From the human T2T-CHM13v2.0 reference genome, Homo sapiens, in NCBI RefSeq assembly GCF_009914755.1, contig NC_060942.1: a DNA stretch of 64,000 nucleotides; one strand, written 5' to 3'. The notes under the pieces are model-generated. The model ran no database searches. It was not told the DNA's origin and saw nothing but the letters and a program-made list of their open reading frames with translations. Position numbers and translations under genes: made by a program. This document shows, piece after piece, positions 1 to 13,737 of the stretch (positions are counted from its first letter, which is position 1; each line of letters begins with the position of its first letter).

Positions 1-1080
1 GTTGTACTAATGATGTCCTATAAGCTTTTCAAACACTTTACGTTCCAACCAAGGTTTTGTATTGGATATAATTAGATATGTCCCTTTAGTCTTTTTAATC
101 TAGAACAGGTCCCGAGCTCTGTCTTTATTTTCCTTCATGACGTATTTTTTAGTGTTAAGTCTCACACAATGTTTCATATTCTGGTTTATTTAAGAATGTT
201 TTTTATTCTGTATTTATCTAAAGATGTGGTCTAACGTGTTTTTCTCCCATATATTCTTTATACACTCAAAAATTAGGTGTAAAGACCTGTTCAGATTTAG
301 GTTCAACATTTTTGGAGAGAATACATCATAGGTGTTGAGACATCTCATATTTCAATACACAAGGAGGAACATGACATCAGGTGTTCACCTTTCAGTGATG
401 CAAAGTTTAATGATTTCTCACGGTACATTTTTCAGTTAGAAAATAATCTGTCATGGTGGGAGGGGTAATCTATGGCACTAACATCTAATTATGATTCTTG
501 CCTGAATAAATTATTTCAACTGGAGTTATAAAATGATGTAAGCGTCGCTGTCAGTGGTGGCAATTGATTAAACTATCTTCCTTTCTCTCCCTCCCTCTCT
601 CGCCCCTTCCTCCCTCTCTATGTGTATGTACAGATAGATATATACACAGAGAGAGAAAGAATATGTGTATATGTAAATATATACATAGAAAATATGTGTA
701 TATATAGATATATACATAGAGAGAAAGAGAATATATACATATATTCTGAGTATCTTTAGACACATGGATTTTTATATAGCCTATGTTTTTAAATTAAACA
801 TAATTGTTCTTCTTGTTGCTCAAATATTCCCAAATGTGGTTAATAAGAGTCTCTTTGGGCTGGCCCATTACATGACTGTGACTCCTCCATTAGTCCACAA
901 GCACTTCCTGACTTTCTGGCACGACAAGATTCCCAGGCTCACCTTGTGCTTTACCTGCCTTGGACCTTGAATTAACTATTCAAGAAACGTTGGTTCCTTT
1001 CAATAGGGAGTGGTGTTAGTAACCATAATCTGGGTACGAGAGATGCTCATTGCTGTTGGGCTATCAGTGCTCACAGGTCT
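1..1080 (-). mobile_element. Ancient L1 (L1MC/L1ME-type) 3' region, degraded
   Basis: T-rich. Segment 320-420 (CATCATAGGTG...TTCAGTGATGCAAAGTTT) resembles the reverse complement of the L1MC4/5 3' UTR. Boundaries approximate. Confidence 0.55.
580..745. repeat. Low-complexity CT / TA / GA simple repeat
   Basis: CTCTCTCC tract followed by ATATATAC/GAGAGA units; explains the ORFs at 551-765. Confidence 0.8.
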
Positions 1081-1399
1081 AATTGGTAGGGGATGGACAG
1101 GCAGATAACACAAGCACATACATTGCTCATAATATTAATGTTTTCTTTATTATTTAATATGTGTAAGTTATTAAAAATTCACCATACCAACATTATGACT
1201 AAACATAAAGTTACTGAGTAAAAATTAAGACTACTTGGCTGTTATTGCCTTATTTTTAAAAACATTTCCCAGTGGCATTTTGCAGTAGAGTTTTATGTTC
1301 AAATGCCACTTGAAATAGTTCAATTGAATATGCCCTTAGGATTATTTGTTTCAACCTCTTTTCTATTTAAATCTGTTTTGTTTTCCTTTTTAATTATAT

Positions 1400-2010
1400 T
1401 CAAACATTTATATGATACATAAATCAATATTAGATTTAAAAGTTTCATTTCCATCCCCATCTTATTTTTGCTTTTTTGTTACACAAAGATAGCATAATAT
1501 ACTCAGTAATTTGCATATTGCCTTTTTCACTTCATATCTGTATGAGGAAATGAGTTTAAAGAGATCTTTCTCATGCTTCTGAAGCTGCCAATACTCTACA
1601 GTGGGGTAAAATCATACTTTATTGAGCCAGCCACCATTTCCGGATATTGGGTTGCTCCTGATATTTTATTTACAGAATTGCATTTCCTTGCATTTAAGTT
1701 TGTTCATATTTGTGGAGGTATATCTTTGACTTAGATTCTCTGAGACAGTTTTGTTGGGCTCAAGGGTAAAGGTATATGTAATTTTGTTAGGTATTGACAA
1801 ATTATCTCTATACATTCTATATACATGTGAATGTTTGCTTTTCCACCAGTATGTTCTTAAACTTTGGGTTGTGTATTTTAGACATACAATCTAATGAGGA
1901 GAAATGAATCTCCATGTAGTTTTAATTTGCATTTCTCTTTTAATAGATGAAGTTACACATTTTTTCACATGAAGAAGGGTATGCAGGATTCTTCTGATCT
2001 TTAAATATTC
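1400..2010 (-). mobile_element. Ancient L1ME-type fragment
   Basis: GTAGTTTTAATTTGCATTTCTCT and GGGCTCAAGGGTAAAGGTATATGTAATTTTG resemble antisense L1 ORF2 end/3' UTR. Confidence 0.55.
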
Positions 2011-2026
2011 TATTAATTATTGTTGA

Positions 2027-2276
<250 letters not shown>

Positions 2277-2599
2277 TATTGTTGATATTTAATAGAGCAA
2301 GTGTTTGTTTATATCACTGACATGTTTTCTATTTTTTGTTTTTTGAAATTTATTGGGATTTTATTTTTATTGAGATTTTGTAACTTGACCAATGTTGATA
2401 AATATTCCATGGGCACTGGGGAAAAAAAGTGGATTCTATCTTAGGAAAACAGAATTCAGTACATACTTAACAATTACTTTGAATGTTTACTTCCTTATAT
2501 AAAGAAAAAAAAGTGCATATTATTCTACCCCACTGCTACTTTCCTTCTATGTCTATAAACTTCTGCTTTCTCATATTGTGACCATTCATTTATTGTAGA

Positions 2600-3950
2600 C
2601 CACTGCCTACTCAATATCTCCACTGTGGTATCCAATAGCCAGCCATATTGAAGTGGAAAAGCAAACAAACCCCCTCTAGATCCTCCTATGGGCTGTTCCT
2701 GTGGTCACCACCATCTCAGTCCATGGCAGTTGCACACCTCCGTAGTTCTGCCAGACTGAACCACAACCTACAGTCCCCTTTGGCTTCTCTCTTTCTCTAA
2801 CATCTCACATTTCATTCATTCATAAAAAATTCCTATGCTTTGCATTGGGTTGAATTTGTCCCCCCAAAAGATAATCTCCATGTCCTAATCCCTGGTACCT
2901 AAGAAGAAGACCTTTTTTGGAAGTAGGGTCTTGCAGATGTGATCCAATTAAGATGAAGTTCTGCTCAATTAGGGATGTCACTGTTCCAATGACTTCTAAG
3001 TGAAAGGAGAGGGAGATTTGGACACAGAGATGCATAGAGCACACAGAGGGAAGACGGCCATGGGAGGATGGACCCTGGGATTGGAATGATGTAGCCACAA
3101 GCCACAGAAGCCAATAGGCCAATAACCAGCAGAAATTAGGAGAGAAGCCAGAACAGATTCTCTCTCAGAGCCCCAGATGGAGTCAATCCTGCCAACAACT
3201 TGATTTCAGACTTCCAGCCTCCAGAACTGCGAGAGAACAGACTTCTATTATTTCAAGCCACTCACTCTATAGCAATTCTTTATGGCAGCCACAAGAAACT
3301 AATACATACTCTACTAAAATACTATACCCAGAATATGGCTCACCTGTAAAGCAATCGAATCTTCCTCAAAGCCTCCTTGCTTCTTAGCAGCCAGAACACT
3401 GCACTAAAAATATGCCAGGCCATGGCACTGCCCCACTTGCATGGCCCTGGTTCTCCCATTTCACTTAGAATAAAGACAAGGTTCATTGTAAATTAGACCC
3501 CACCCCATCTGAGACTTCAGCTCCTGCGACTCTGCCGCCCACACTAGCCCCATGACTGCCAAGCATCATCCTTCCCCAGGGCCTTTGAACAGGCTACCCC
3601 TCCACCTGGACCACTTTTCCCACTGATCTCATCACTCCCTCACCTTCAAGTCTTGCTCAAATGACAGCTTCGCAGTGACAACTTCCCAGCCTCTCCTAAT
3701 TCAGATTATGCCTCCCCTCTCCTCACCCCCTCCCCTTGTTTTCTGCCTTATTTTTCTTCATGTCATTTATCACTTTCTATGATTTTTTTAAGTTTTAGAT
3801 ATTTATGACGTTTGTTGTTTCTTAAACCCCCTAAAATGTATGATCCAAGCATGCAGAGACTGCTGTTTGCTCTGTTTCCTGCTGCAATGCTCACACCTAG
3901 AGCAAGCTCACCGCGAATCTCTTTGGTTCAAGACTCAGTGACTTGAATAA
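2600..3950 (+). mobile_element. L2 fragments interrupted by an MLT1 LTR
   Basis: L2-like CCTACTCAATATCTCCACT, CCCCAGGGCCTTTGAACAGGCT, CCTTCAAGTCTTGCTCAAATGACA. Confidence 0.6.
2841..3306 (+). mobile_element. MLT1B/C-type MaLR solo LTR
   Basis: Starts TG..GGGTTGAATTTGTCCCCCCAAAAG, contains GACTTCCAGCCTCCAGAACTG, ends GAAACTAATACA. Confidence 0.85.
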
Positions 3951-5244
3951 ATTCTTTTCGATCTTATATCTTGATCTGGTCTGGTCATCCATATCTTTTC
4001 ATGCAAAAGTAAACACTTCTATAATTAATGTCATTATTGATACTTTTGTCATAAATAAATTTGTTTCCAACCAGCTTTATTGTCCTTCATTTTCTATCTT
4101 ATAGATGTTTGAACAATGTTTTCAATTCTTTATTTAGCACTTTGGAGATTTGACGTTTACCAATCTTGTTTTTATTTCTGAAACTGATTCACTTTATTGC
4201 CAAATGCATTATATTTATCAACCTCAAGAAGTAAATAACTGCTGATTATTCCAATGGAGAATTTAGCAGTCAAAGAATATTCCTCTGATAATCATTTCTC
4301 ACTTTCCTCCCTTTTCAAATTGAAATTATCTTGGATTTGTTGACCCATTTTTTAAATTTCACAATTATGAATATCAATATGCATCATGTCTTTTTGAGTT
4401 ATGATTATTTATTTTGTTTTGAAAAGTATTTATGACTATAACAATTGTTCTACAATTACATGTCTGTGTGATCCCATTGCTTGCCATAAACCTTTCTACC
4501 CCTTGTTTCATTCCTGCTTCTTTTAAAATTCACCATAATTTTCTGTATAATTCTCAAAGTTACTTTTTTACAAGGAAAACGGTGGGAGATAAGTTTATTT
4601 AATTCCTTCCTCCTGTAATCTTATCAATGGAACAACTTTGCCAGGCATCCAGTTACTGGATAGCAGTGTTTCCTTTCTCTGGCCACTTTTTGTTCACCAG
4701 CTCTGAGTCCCAGGGATGCGGTGCCCTCCTCTCCCGGGATTTAATGCATGGAGGGTAGCCCTGCCTTCCCTTCATTTAGTAGGTAATGTTTTAGTAGGGT
4801 TGGTCTTTGTGATTGTTGTTTTTCTATCTAGACTTTTGCATGATTTTCTTCTTCTTTTTCTTTAACTCCACCTTTTTCTTCTTCGCTTTCAAAACTCAAC
4901 TTCTTAATAATTTGCACTAGGAACAAAAAGCATCTTTACTTTAAGGCGTCAGACCTTACTTTACTTTAACTCATTTTCCCACAGTTATGTTCCTGATTGC
5001 TGCTTCTGCCTTACTCATTGTTGCCTCTCTTTTTTATTTAATTTATCTTGTTTGTTCTTTTATTCTTCATCCTGAAATATTTATTCATATACTAACAATA
5101 TACTTAAATTCTGATCTTTTCTGTATTAAACTTCATTATCATTGTTTACCTTAATTTTATTTTCTTGTTTCATATGTATCCTTTTATATTTATACCTTCA
5201 TCTAATCTACCTCCTTATCTTATCTTCTTGTCCTTTATTTCTCA

Positions 5245-5345
5245 TACATTAGGACTCTTATCTGCAAGTGACAGAAACTGAAATTGAATTGAAACAAACA
5301 TACAGAAGGAACTTAGTGGCTTCTGTCACAGAAAATGTCAGGAGG
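5245..5345 (-). mobile_element. Old MaLR (MLT1J/K/L-type) LTR fragment, probably continuing after the L1 insertion
   Basis: TAGGACTCTTATCTGCAAGTGACAGAAAC motif. Confidence 0.5.
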
Positions 5346-5354
5346 CGCATTAAG

Positions 5355-5581
5355 AACTCAACAATGAGAACACATGGACACAGGGAGGGGAATATCACAC
5401 ACTGGGGCCTGTCAACGGGTGGGGGGCTAGAGGAGGGATAGCATTAGGAGAAATACCTAATGTAGATGACGGGTTGATGGGTGCAGCAAACCACCGTAAC
5501 ACATGTATACCTATGTAACAAACCTGCATGTTCTGCACATGTATCCCAGAACATAAAGTATAATTTGAAAAAAAAAAAAAA
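5355..5581 (+). mobile_element. L1PA (about PA7/8) 3' end with poly(A)
   Basis: ACAATGAGAACACATGGACACAGGGAGGGG...GTAACAAACCTGCATGTTCTGCACATGTATCCCAGAAC followed by an A run. Confidence 0.95.
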
Positions 5582-6099
5582 CTTTAGGTCCAGATACACA
5601 GCCTGGGGAGGACCTGATTTCTTTCTTGACTCTTCCTTCTCAGGCAGGTCCTCCCTCCCGACATGAAGTTTGTTGTCTGCCATTCTTAGCAAACTCAGCA
5701 GAAAGTACTCTTCATCCAGTAGCACCAAACAGCATCCTAGCATTGATTCTGATTGGTCCACCGTGGGGCCTATGACTATAGGAGTGCCATGTTTTATTAT
5801 CAAGCATGGGAAATGTGCCCACTTTTGGAACAAGAGGGTGGAGTCAATGCATTCTACTAATAATAAAAACAAGAGACTGGGGAGAGCTAGTACTCCCAAG
5901 GTAAAATCAGAAGGAATTCTCAACACCAGGATTCTTCATATCAGAATAAAGGATACTGAAGAAGCAAACCTCACAGAGTTCCATCATCTTTTTCAATAGA
6001 AAGAATGTTCAATGGACTGATTTTTTGTTCAGCTGAAGTATGTCTTCTGCTAAGGAAAAACCTCTTGCCTCAGGAAAGTCCAACTGCCGGTGCTTCTGC

Positions 6100-6593
6100 C
6101 TCATTGTTTATAGTGAATGGATATAACCAAAACTGCGGCAAGACTGGATAGCAACTCCTGTCGAAAGTGAAGTCTATTTTCAAACGCCTGGAATCTTCCA
6201 CAGAGTGACTTGCTTGGATCCAGAGACTGTGGCAGAAATGATGCGCCATCTGCAAGCCTCACTCAGGAGCAATGTTGCATCTCTCTAGCGCCCCTGAGCC
6301 CCATGTCACGAGATCACGCCTGGGCTAGCCTGCAGGATGAGGAGAGGTGGTGGCCCAGTCCTCCCGTCACCCTCAATGAAAATCAGCTGACCACCACATG
6401 AATGACATCCCCACAATTCTGCCTGCCTCCACCAGATCCACCAACCCACTGCATAGGCAGGAACAAGTCCAGCCTGGGTCATCTGAGAACAGCCCAGAGC
6501 AGAAGGCCATCATATTTGTTTGCAAATATTGTTGTTGTTGATAGCCACTAGGTTGTGGGTGGTTTATTACGCAGCAGTAGATAGCTGAAATAC
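6100..6593 (+). mobile_element. Old MLT1 (H/G-like) LTR
   Basis: 3' end AGCCACTAGGTTGTGGGTGGTTTATTACGCAGCAGTAGATAGCTGAAATAC; start uncertain. Confidence 0.55.
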
Positions 6594-7160
6594 CATTGGT
6601 GTGTCCCTGTTTATTGCAGCCCTGTGAGAGCTGAGCCTCTCCAATTCCCATGTCTTCCATCAGCAAAGAAAAATGAGACTTCAAATGAGATATTTTCTCT
6701 GTCGGTTTTACAGCCTAAACTGTTCCATCCCTTTTCCTTCCTGGGTGGATTATGGAGTTCCTGACTTCCATTAACTCCCCTTGAGGCTATTTCTTTCCTT
6801 GGGGCACTGATTTGCAAGGCTGCCTTGGGTACCCTGCATTATCTGTTCCCATAGTCATTTATCTAGCGGAAATGTCCAGACTTCCATATTTGCCCAACTT
6901 TTCTTACGGCTCCCAGGGCTGATACTCACCATCGCCCAACACTCCCATGCATTCACAGTTACAAGGTAATTTCTATACTCATAAGATAAGTTGAAATAAT
7001 GTTTGTTTTCCAAGTCACAGTATTAAAAAAAAAATCCGTTATCCACGCTCTCCTTGCTCATCTCTGCCACCATAAGTCGTCCTTAAAACACTTTAAATTT
7101 TCAGGTTAGGACACTTCCTAGAGGCATGTGCTACACAGGCTTATTTTCTGGTGCAATTTA

Positions 7161-7570
<410 letters not shown>

Positions 7571-7574
7571 TTAT

Positions 7575-7810
7575 CCTTAACAGCTCAGATTTAGACTTTG
7601 AAGTCAGACTGCCTGGGTTCGGATTTCAGTTCTACAGCTTTGTAGCAGCCTAGACTTTCGCAAGTTAAATACTATGTGCCTCAGTTTCTTCATCTGTGAA
7701 ATGAGAAAAATATCAATACCTGTCTCATGGGGTTACCCTGAGTAGATTAATATCTAGTCTGAGAATATTGTCTAAAATATTGATATTCCCCTATCAGTTA
7801 ACAATCATTG
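7575..7810 (+). mobile_element. MIR
   Basis: GACTTTGAAGTCAGACTGCCTGGGTTC and core TGTGCCTCAGTTTCTTCATCTGTGAAATG. Confidence 0.8.
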
Positions 7811-10800
7811 TCAAGTTTGTAATATTTTATTGACTTTGATATTATTTCCATCAGTCATTTTTTTATAATGAAGCATCCTAATTTTTTAAAGTTTTATTTA
7901 AAATATTCAAATATTCTAGATATTACCACAGATAATTTAAAACATAGTAACCCAAGATAATTGTGTGTGTGTGTGTGTTTGATGTGTTCTATACCATTCA
8001 TCAACAATAAAACAAAGGACTATCCTAATAGATGCCATAAGAAAAAAAAAAAAAGGATGTGAGGGAGAAGTACAGGTGGGAAACTGAGTTTTTTTCCCTG
8101 AACATATTTATACTTTCAAATATCCAAAATCTTTTGCTTAACAGAAGTGTGCTTTCTTTTGTTGCTCATCTTTCAAATTCTTCTAGTCTTTCAGTATCCT
8201 GTTTCACAAAGCTGCTGAACTGAATTACACCTTCTTCTAATATCCAAAGTCCTTGAGGTGCTAAAGAAAATACTGCATATAAAATGCATGGACAGGCAGA
8301 ATAGGTTTACATAATGTTAATGTAGACAAATGACATACACAAAATTATATCTAGCTGCAATTTAATTAGATTAATTAGATCAATATAATTAGTAGGGCTA
8401 TATTACCCTAGTTGGACTTAAGGGTTTTCTCTCACTCTGTCTCTCTCTCTCTTTTTCTTTCTCTCTCTCTCACACACACCAGCTTAAAAATGGTTTACAG
8501 CCCTAAAACATTATAATAGCACATGGAGCACCAATGCAATAACACATCAATTTCACCATGAACACACCATTAAGAGTGGGAGTTTGTAGGACACTCAAGA
8601 GACACATAAAATGCTACCCTACTAGGGGAAAATTTGATAATATAGACTGAAAAATGTCCCTACTGTCAAAAAAAGTGCTTATTTCACATTAATCCCAAGT
8701 TTAAGTCTGGTCATGATTACACAAAAATGAATTTAACAAACAGGTTCTGGAGTTCACCTAATGAATAAAACAGACTTAGTGTGGCTTTAGTTAAAACCCC
8801 ATAGACGTTGCATTTCAAACACCCACTAAATCACAGATGTTAGTGAATTATTGGGCCATCCGTTGAATACCTTGCAGATGGTATGGTCCATAAGCATCCC
8901 AAACCTTTAGGAACTATGGTGAATTAACTTCTCAATCAACAGAAGACTGATCACCAGGCCAATTGGTGTTCTGGTTCAGGGGAAGGGGCTGCTCTGCCTC
9001 AGCCTCTATGATTTGTTCTTTGAAAATGACACTGTCCAGCTTCCCTAATTATGAAAACTAAGATGTGCTGTCATGGTTACCTGCAGGAAAACCTGATGGA
9101 GATGAGAAGGTGAGTTGACTAGCCCAACAAAAGTCCACCCAAGGCTCATAACAGCTAAGTTGTTAATATTCCACACTAACGTTTATTATTATGGTTACAG
9201 AAGAACTGTCTGCCTTTCCATTTGCCCTTCAAGTGGAATCCATAATGGTAGAAAAATTACAAAATGGCAGTGCTGAAATTGACAGAAACTATGAAAAAAA
9301 AACACTCATCAATATTCACCAAATCAGAAAGATTTTCCTGATTTTAGAATTTGAATCAACAACTACAGGACTTGAAAAGAAGAAGAAATCAGGGAAGGAG
9401 AAAGGGAGGTGGATAACAAAAAGTTTTGTAATTAATTTACATAGGCTAAAGTTTAACTTACACCAAGCCCCAATGCTGTCTATCCCATGAAGATCAGAAG
9501 ACAAAGATTTCCTTCCTTTATTGTCCTCACCCTACCTACCCTCGACCTCTGGAATTCCCCATGCCCTGAAGGCAGTATCTCCTTATTATTGTAGTCCAAT
9601 TTGTACTTTGACAAATATTGACATCTACTTCAAAGAAATGGCAAAGAAATCTGGTGTTCATCTGATTTTTGTTTTCATCTTGCCTTTCTCAAGCATAAAT
9701 TAAGATATTCTGTTAAATGTTCGTTTCTGTAGCCTAATTACACCAAGTACACTGTGGTTGATAGTGTTTACATACTGCAAACTACTTAACATCTTATATA
9801 TAGTAGGAAAGATGTGTTTAAATATGTTTGCATGGCTTGTACTTGTATATCTCTAAAATAGACTTGAATCGTTATCAAGCATTGCCGTCATGATGCTTTT
9901 TTGAGTTATAATTAAAATGTATCATTTTATTATACTTTCAATTTTTGCTCTAGAAAATGTTGAATTGTAACTGCACATTCAAGTTTAAATTAATGCACTG
10001 CTTCAAAAGTAATTTAAGCCATCTTTTACCTATAAATATTATAATTTGGTGGTGTATGTGGAACAGAATTTGTATAAATATTTAAATGAGCGCATGGAAA
10101 ATGTTAAACATTTCTACTAAATTTAAGATTTGAATGGTACATATTCCCTCTAAAAGGGTGACAAACATATCAATTTATATTTATCCATAGCTGACAATCC
10201 TAAATTTGAGCTGCCAGATTCTCTTCCTAACCCCTTTCTATGCACAGAAGTGTAGTCTCTTCAGTGAAATTATATCCCTGATAATCGTTTAACTTCTTAG
10301 ATCGACCTGCAAGATTTTCTTACTGCGGAACTTCATCTGGAAGGCGTTCAGAAGGTGGCATGACTGATCTAGAATATGGTTTCTAATTGCTAGTCAGTAA
10401 GAGCAGAATTAATATGGGATATATTGAACATTTTATTCTTAGAAGCCAAATAAACTAAAATAAGAACTAGGAATTTTTTCTGTTAGGTAAAAATTTATAT
10501 TAGCAGAATTAGGGCTGTTTGTGTTGGAAGGAACATATCCCACATGCACTAGAGTAAGCAAAAATGAAAATTAACTGCAAGGATTCAGGGCTGGAAGGTG
10601 GAGGTAGATTCCGAGGGTTGGAATCTGGCTGAATATCAGATAGGCTTTCAATCAGGAACTCATGCCACCAACATGATCTCGCAACTCTGCTCCTCTCTGA
10701 CAATCCGTGTGACTCTCCTTTTCTGCAAATGCAATGACCAGACAGAAAACATGATTGCTGGCAACTCCTAACTTGATCAGTTACTGAAAACTCTCATCTT

Positions 10801-11329
10801 CTGCCACAAGAGAGTGAAAATGACTCAACTCTCTGAGTCCTTGTTTAAAAGCCATGGAGAAGGTAGGTCCTAGACTGAGCCAGCCAAGCACAGGTGGAAG
10901 TGCCAGGGAAGGGAATATAGGTTCCCAGCTGACCCCAAAGAAATGCATGAATGGTGAGTGTAGTTAACCCCCAAGTGGAGGCCCTCTTTCTGGAATAGAA
11001 GGGAGTGTGACAAAGAACACAAGTGAAGTCCCCATGCCTTGCTCTAAAAATACCTGCTCAAATCGCTATCACTGGCCACCTCTGCTGTTGTGTGAGTATT
11101 CACTAGACCCTAACTTGCGGCTTCTTCAGGACTGCTGCTGGGTCATGGTCATCTCGTTCCTGCTGAAGCCTAGCACAGTGACCGAAGCAGCTATCGGAAG
11201 GGAAGGAGGAAGGGAAGAAACGAACTTTTAATCTAGATGTAAAGCTGCCTGAAAATTCTGAGCTCTACTTGTTCTTCATCTCTGTTTAAGCCACGGGAGC
11301 TTCTATTGCAGTGATTCGAAGGCAACAAC

Positions 11330-11585
11330 ACGTACTACTTAAGTCATGGCCTCCTGAGCCAGAGGTAGCAGGTGCAAGTCCCCCACTCCAATGCCACTGA
11401 CGAGAGTGGCACCTTCTACAAATCAGTTCACCTCCCTCTACCTTAGTGTCTTCATCTACAAAAGAAAAAAATGTTGACACTAGGACACTTCTCATGAGTT
11501 GGTTTGACTTAACCATTTGTAGAGCAATTAAAGCAGTACATAGCAGAGAGAAAGCACTATATTTTTAGCCATCATTATTATTATT
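11330..11585 (+). mobile_element. MIR
   Basis: CCTTAGTGTCTTCATCTACAAAA core with MIR-like flanks. Confidence 0.55.
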
Positions 11586-11859
11586 CTGGATTAGTATTTT
11601 CTATTCAATTTTAGTTTCAAAGGAATTGGGAGCAATTACTTATACAAATATGGTTTCTGCATCTGATTTTTGGAAAGCAGAATGGGATTTCAAGGACAGT
11701 CAACACTCAGATGGATTTTTGTTCCTCACACCCCATTATTCTTTAAACTAGGGAATAAGGTTCAGATAAAATCATATCATCAGAACATGGAAAAATAGCT
11801 ATTTAAACCCAGTATCAGCCACTTGGGCATGTAAAACCCTGCACTGGAAGAAAACATAT

Positions 11860-12105
11860 TGTAGGACAACGAGTGTATGCTTAGTGTTGAATACAAGCTC
11901 TGGTCAATCAGTGGCTCTGGAATTTCCTTACCTCCCACCCACAATTTACTAACTTCTGTATGGAGAATAATGATGACTTCAAAGAAGGAGTAAGAAGGCA
12001 AATGAGTTGTTGAAGAAATTAAATTTCCTTACGTACATAATAGAGTCACAGTGTGGTATCTGATTTGTAATAGATATTTAATAAATATTAGCTGTAGTTA
12101 TTATA
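11860..12105 (+). mobile_element. MIR
   Basis: CTTCTGTATGGAGAATAATGATGAC...ATTTAATAAATATTAGCTG. Confidence 0.55.
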
Positions 12106-13315
12106 TTTGGCTTGCTTTTTTTTTTTTTACTTAGTAGAAATGGAAGTGAGAAGGACTGTAGGTTCCTAATCCCCAGGGAAGAAAATTACAATCCAGTCAT
12201 TAATGCTCTGGGGTCAAGGTTGACAAGAGGCAACTACCATCATTAGAGAAAGACAGCAGAGACTCTCCTGGCTCTGGATGGAAAGGGGACCTATAGGATG
12301 AGAGGAGGAGCACCTCAGCTCCAGGGTTTCTGGTCAGACCACCTGAGATGGAAATCCTTATGGGGGTGTGGCTTGGAGTACATACTCTTCAAAACTGAAT
12401 AACGACTTGATTATGGAATGCCCACCCCAAAGATCAGTGGTCAATACACAGACAGAAATCCCTGCTTTCATCCAACCTACATTCCGATTAGTTAACCTCT
12501 ATAAAGAGGGAACAATAATATGTCCTACCTCATCTGGTTGTCATAATAGTTAAACAAGGTAATGCATATAACACATGTCACATAATGCCTGCCATTTCTA
12601 AGAAATAGCAGTGGCTATAATTATTGTTACTAGCATCATCAGCATAGTTATTTGTTAGCAACGGCTCAGGGGCCCACAGGAACTTACCCACCTATTGGTT
12701 TCTCTTCTTGCCCCACAGCAGTGAGCTTTGTGTGACATTCCCTCAGCAGTACCATAAAATAAGGTTAAACAGGGCCCTAATAAGAACTGTTAGATACACA
12801 GATAGCCCAGTATTGACTGAGATGTCTGTCTTATTTATCAGTATACTCGAGTGTCTAATCTCACATTCTGAAATAGAGATAAATATGTAGCTTCTTCTAG
12901 ATACGAATGTACGCCATATACCAGAAATGATACCACTGAATTAATGTGTGTGGGCTTGACATGAAGTCATAATTAACAATGTTTATAGTCTTAATTTTAA
13001 CATAATAATGTGAAATTAGAACATTTATGATCTGAAGTTAGAAATCAAGACATTGTAATGTGTATATTTTTTGGTAATGCTGTTTTAATGTACCTTAGTT
13101 TTTAAAGCACATATGACTGAACACCATTTAATAGAAATATTAAATATTTCATTTCACTTTGTTTCTATCATTTTAAGTTGATTTTTAAGATACTGTTAAA
13201 AAGTGACATTCTTGATGGTCTTCTTTTAAAGGAAAGTTAAACAAATTTCAGATTTTCAAAGGCACATACTGAGTTGTTGAATTAAGAATGAGGCTAACAT
13301 TGAAAAGGCGTTCTC

Positions 13316-13651
13316 TGAGATCATGTCCTTTGCAGGAACGTGGATAGAGCTGGAGGCCATCATCCTTAGCAAACTAATGCAGAAACAGAAAGCCAAATAC
13401 CGCATGTTTTCACTTACAAGCGGGAGCTAAATGATGAGAACACGTGGACACAAAGAGGGGAACAACAGACACTGGGACGTACTTGAGGGCGTAGGTTGGG
13501 AGAAGGGAGAGCATCAAAAAAAAAAAATAACTACTGGATACTAGGTACCTGGGTGATGAAATAATCTGTACAACAAACCCCCATGACACGGGTTTACCCA
13601 TGTAAGGAAACTGCATGTGTACCCCTGAACCAAAATAAAGTTAAAAAAAAA
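13316..13651 (+). mobile_element. L1PA15/16 or L1PB-type 3' end
   Basis: GAGATCATGTCCTTTGCAGGAAC...GGGAGCTAAATGATGAGAAC...TACCCCTGAACCAAAATAAAGTTAAAA. Confidence 0.92.
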
Positions 13652-13676
13652 TTGTAATTTGCCTTTTGGTTCTTAA

Positions 13677-13737
13677 AACACACACACACACAGAGAGATA
13701 GAGATAGAGAGAGAGAGAGAAAGAAAGAGAAAAGAAA
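13677..13737. repeat. (CA)n(GA)n/GAAA microsatellite
   Basis: Direct reading. Confidence 0.9.

Noticed and set aside
5444-5926. 160-aa ORF
   Set aside because: Ends in antisense L1 3' UTR and poly(T); no coding signature.
9191-9490. 99-aa ATG-initiated ORF in unique sequence
   Set aside because: A-rich low complexity, no recognisable homology or splice context.
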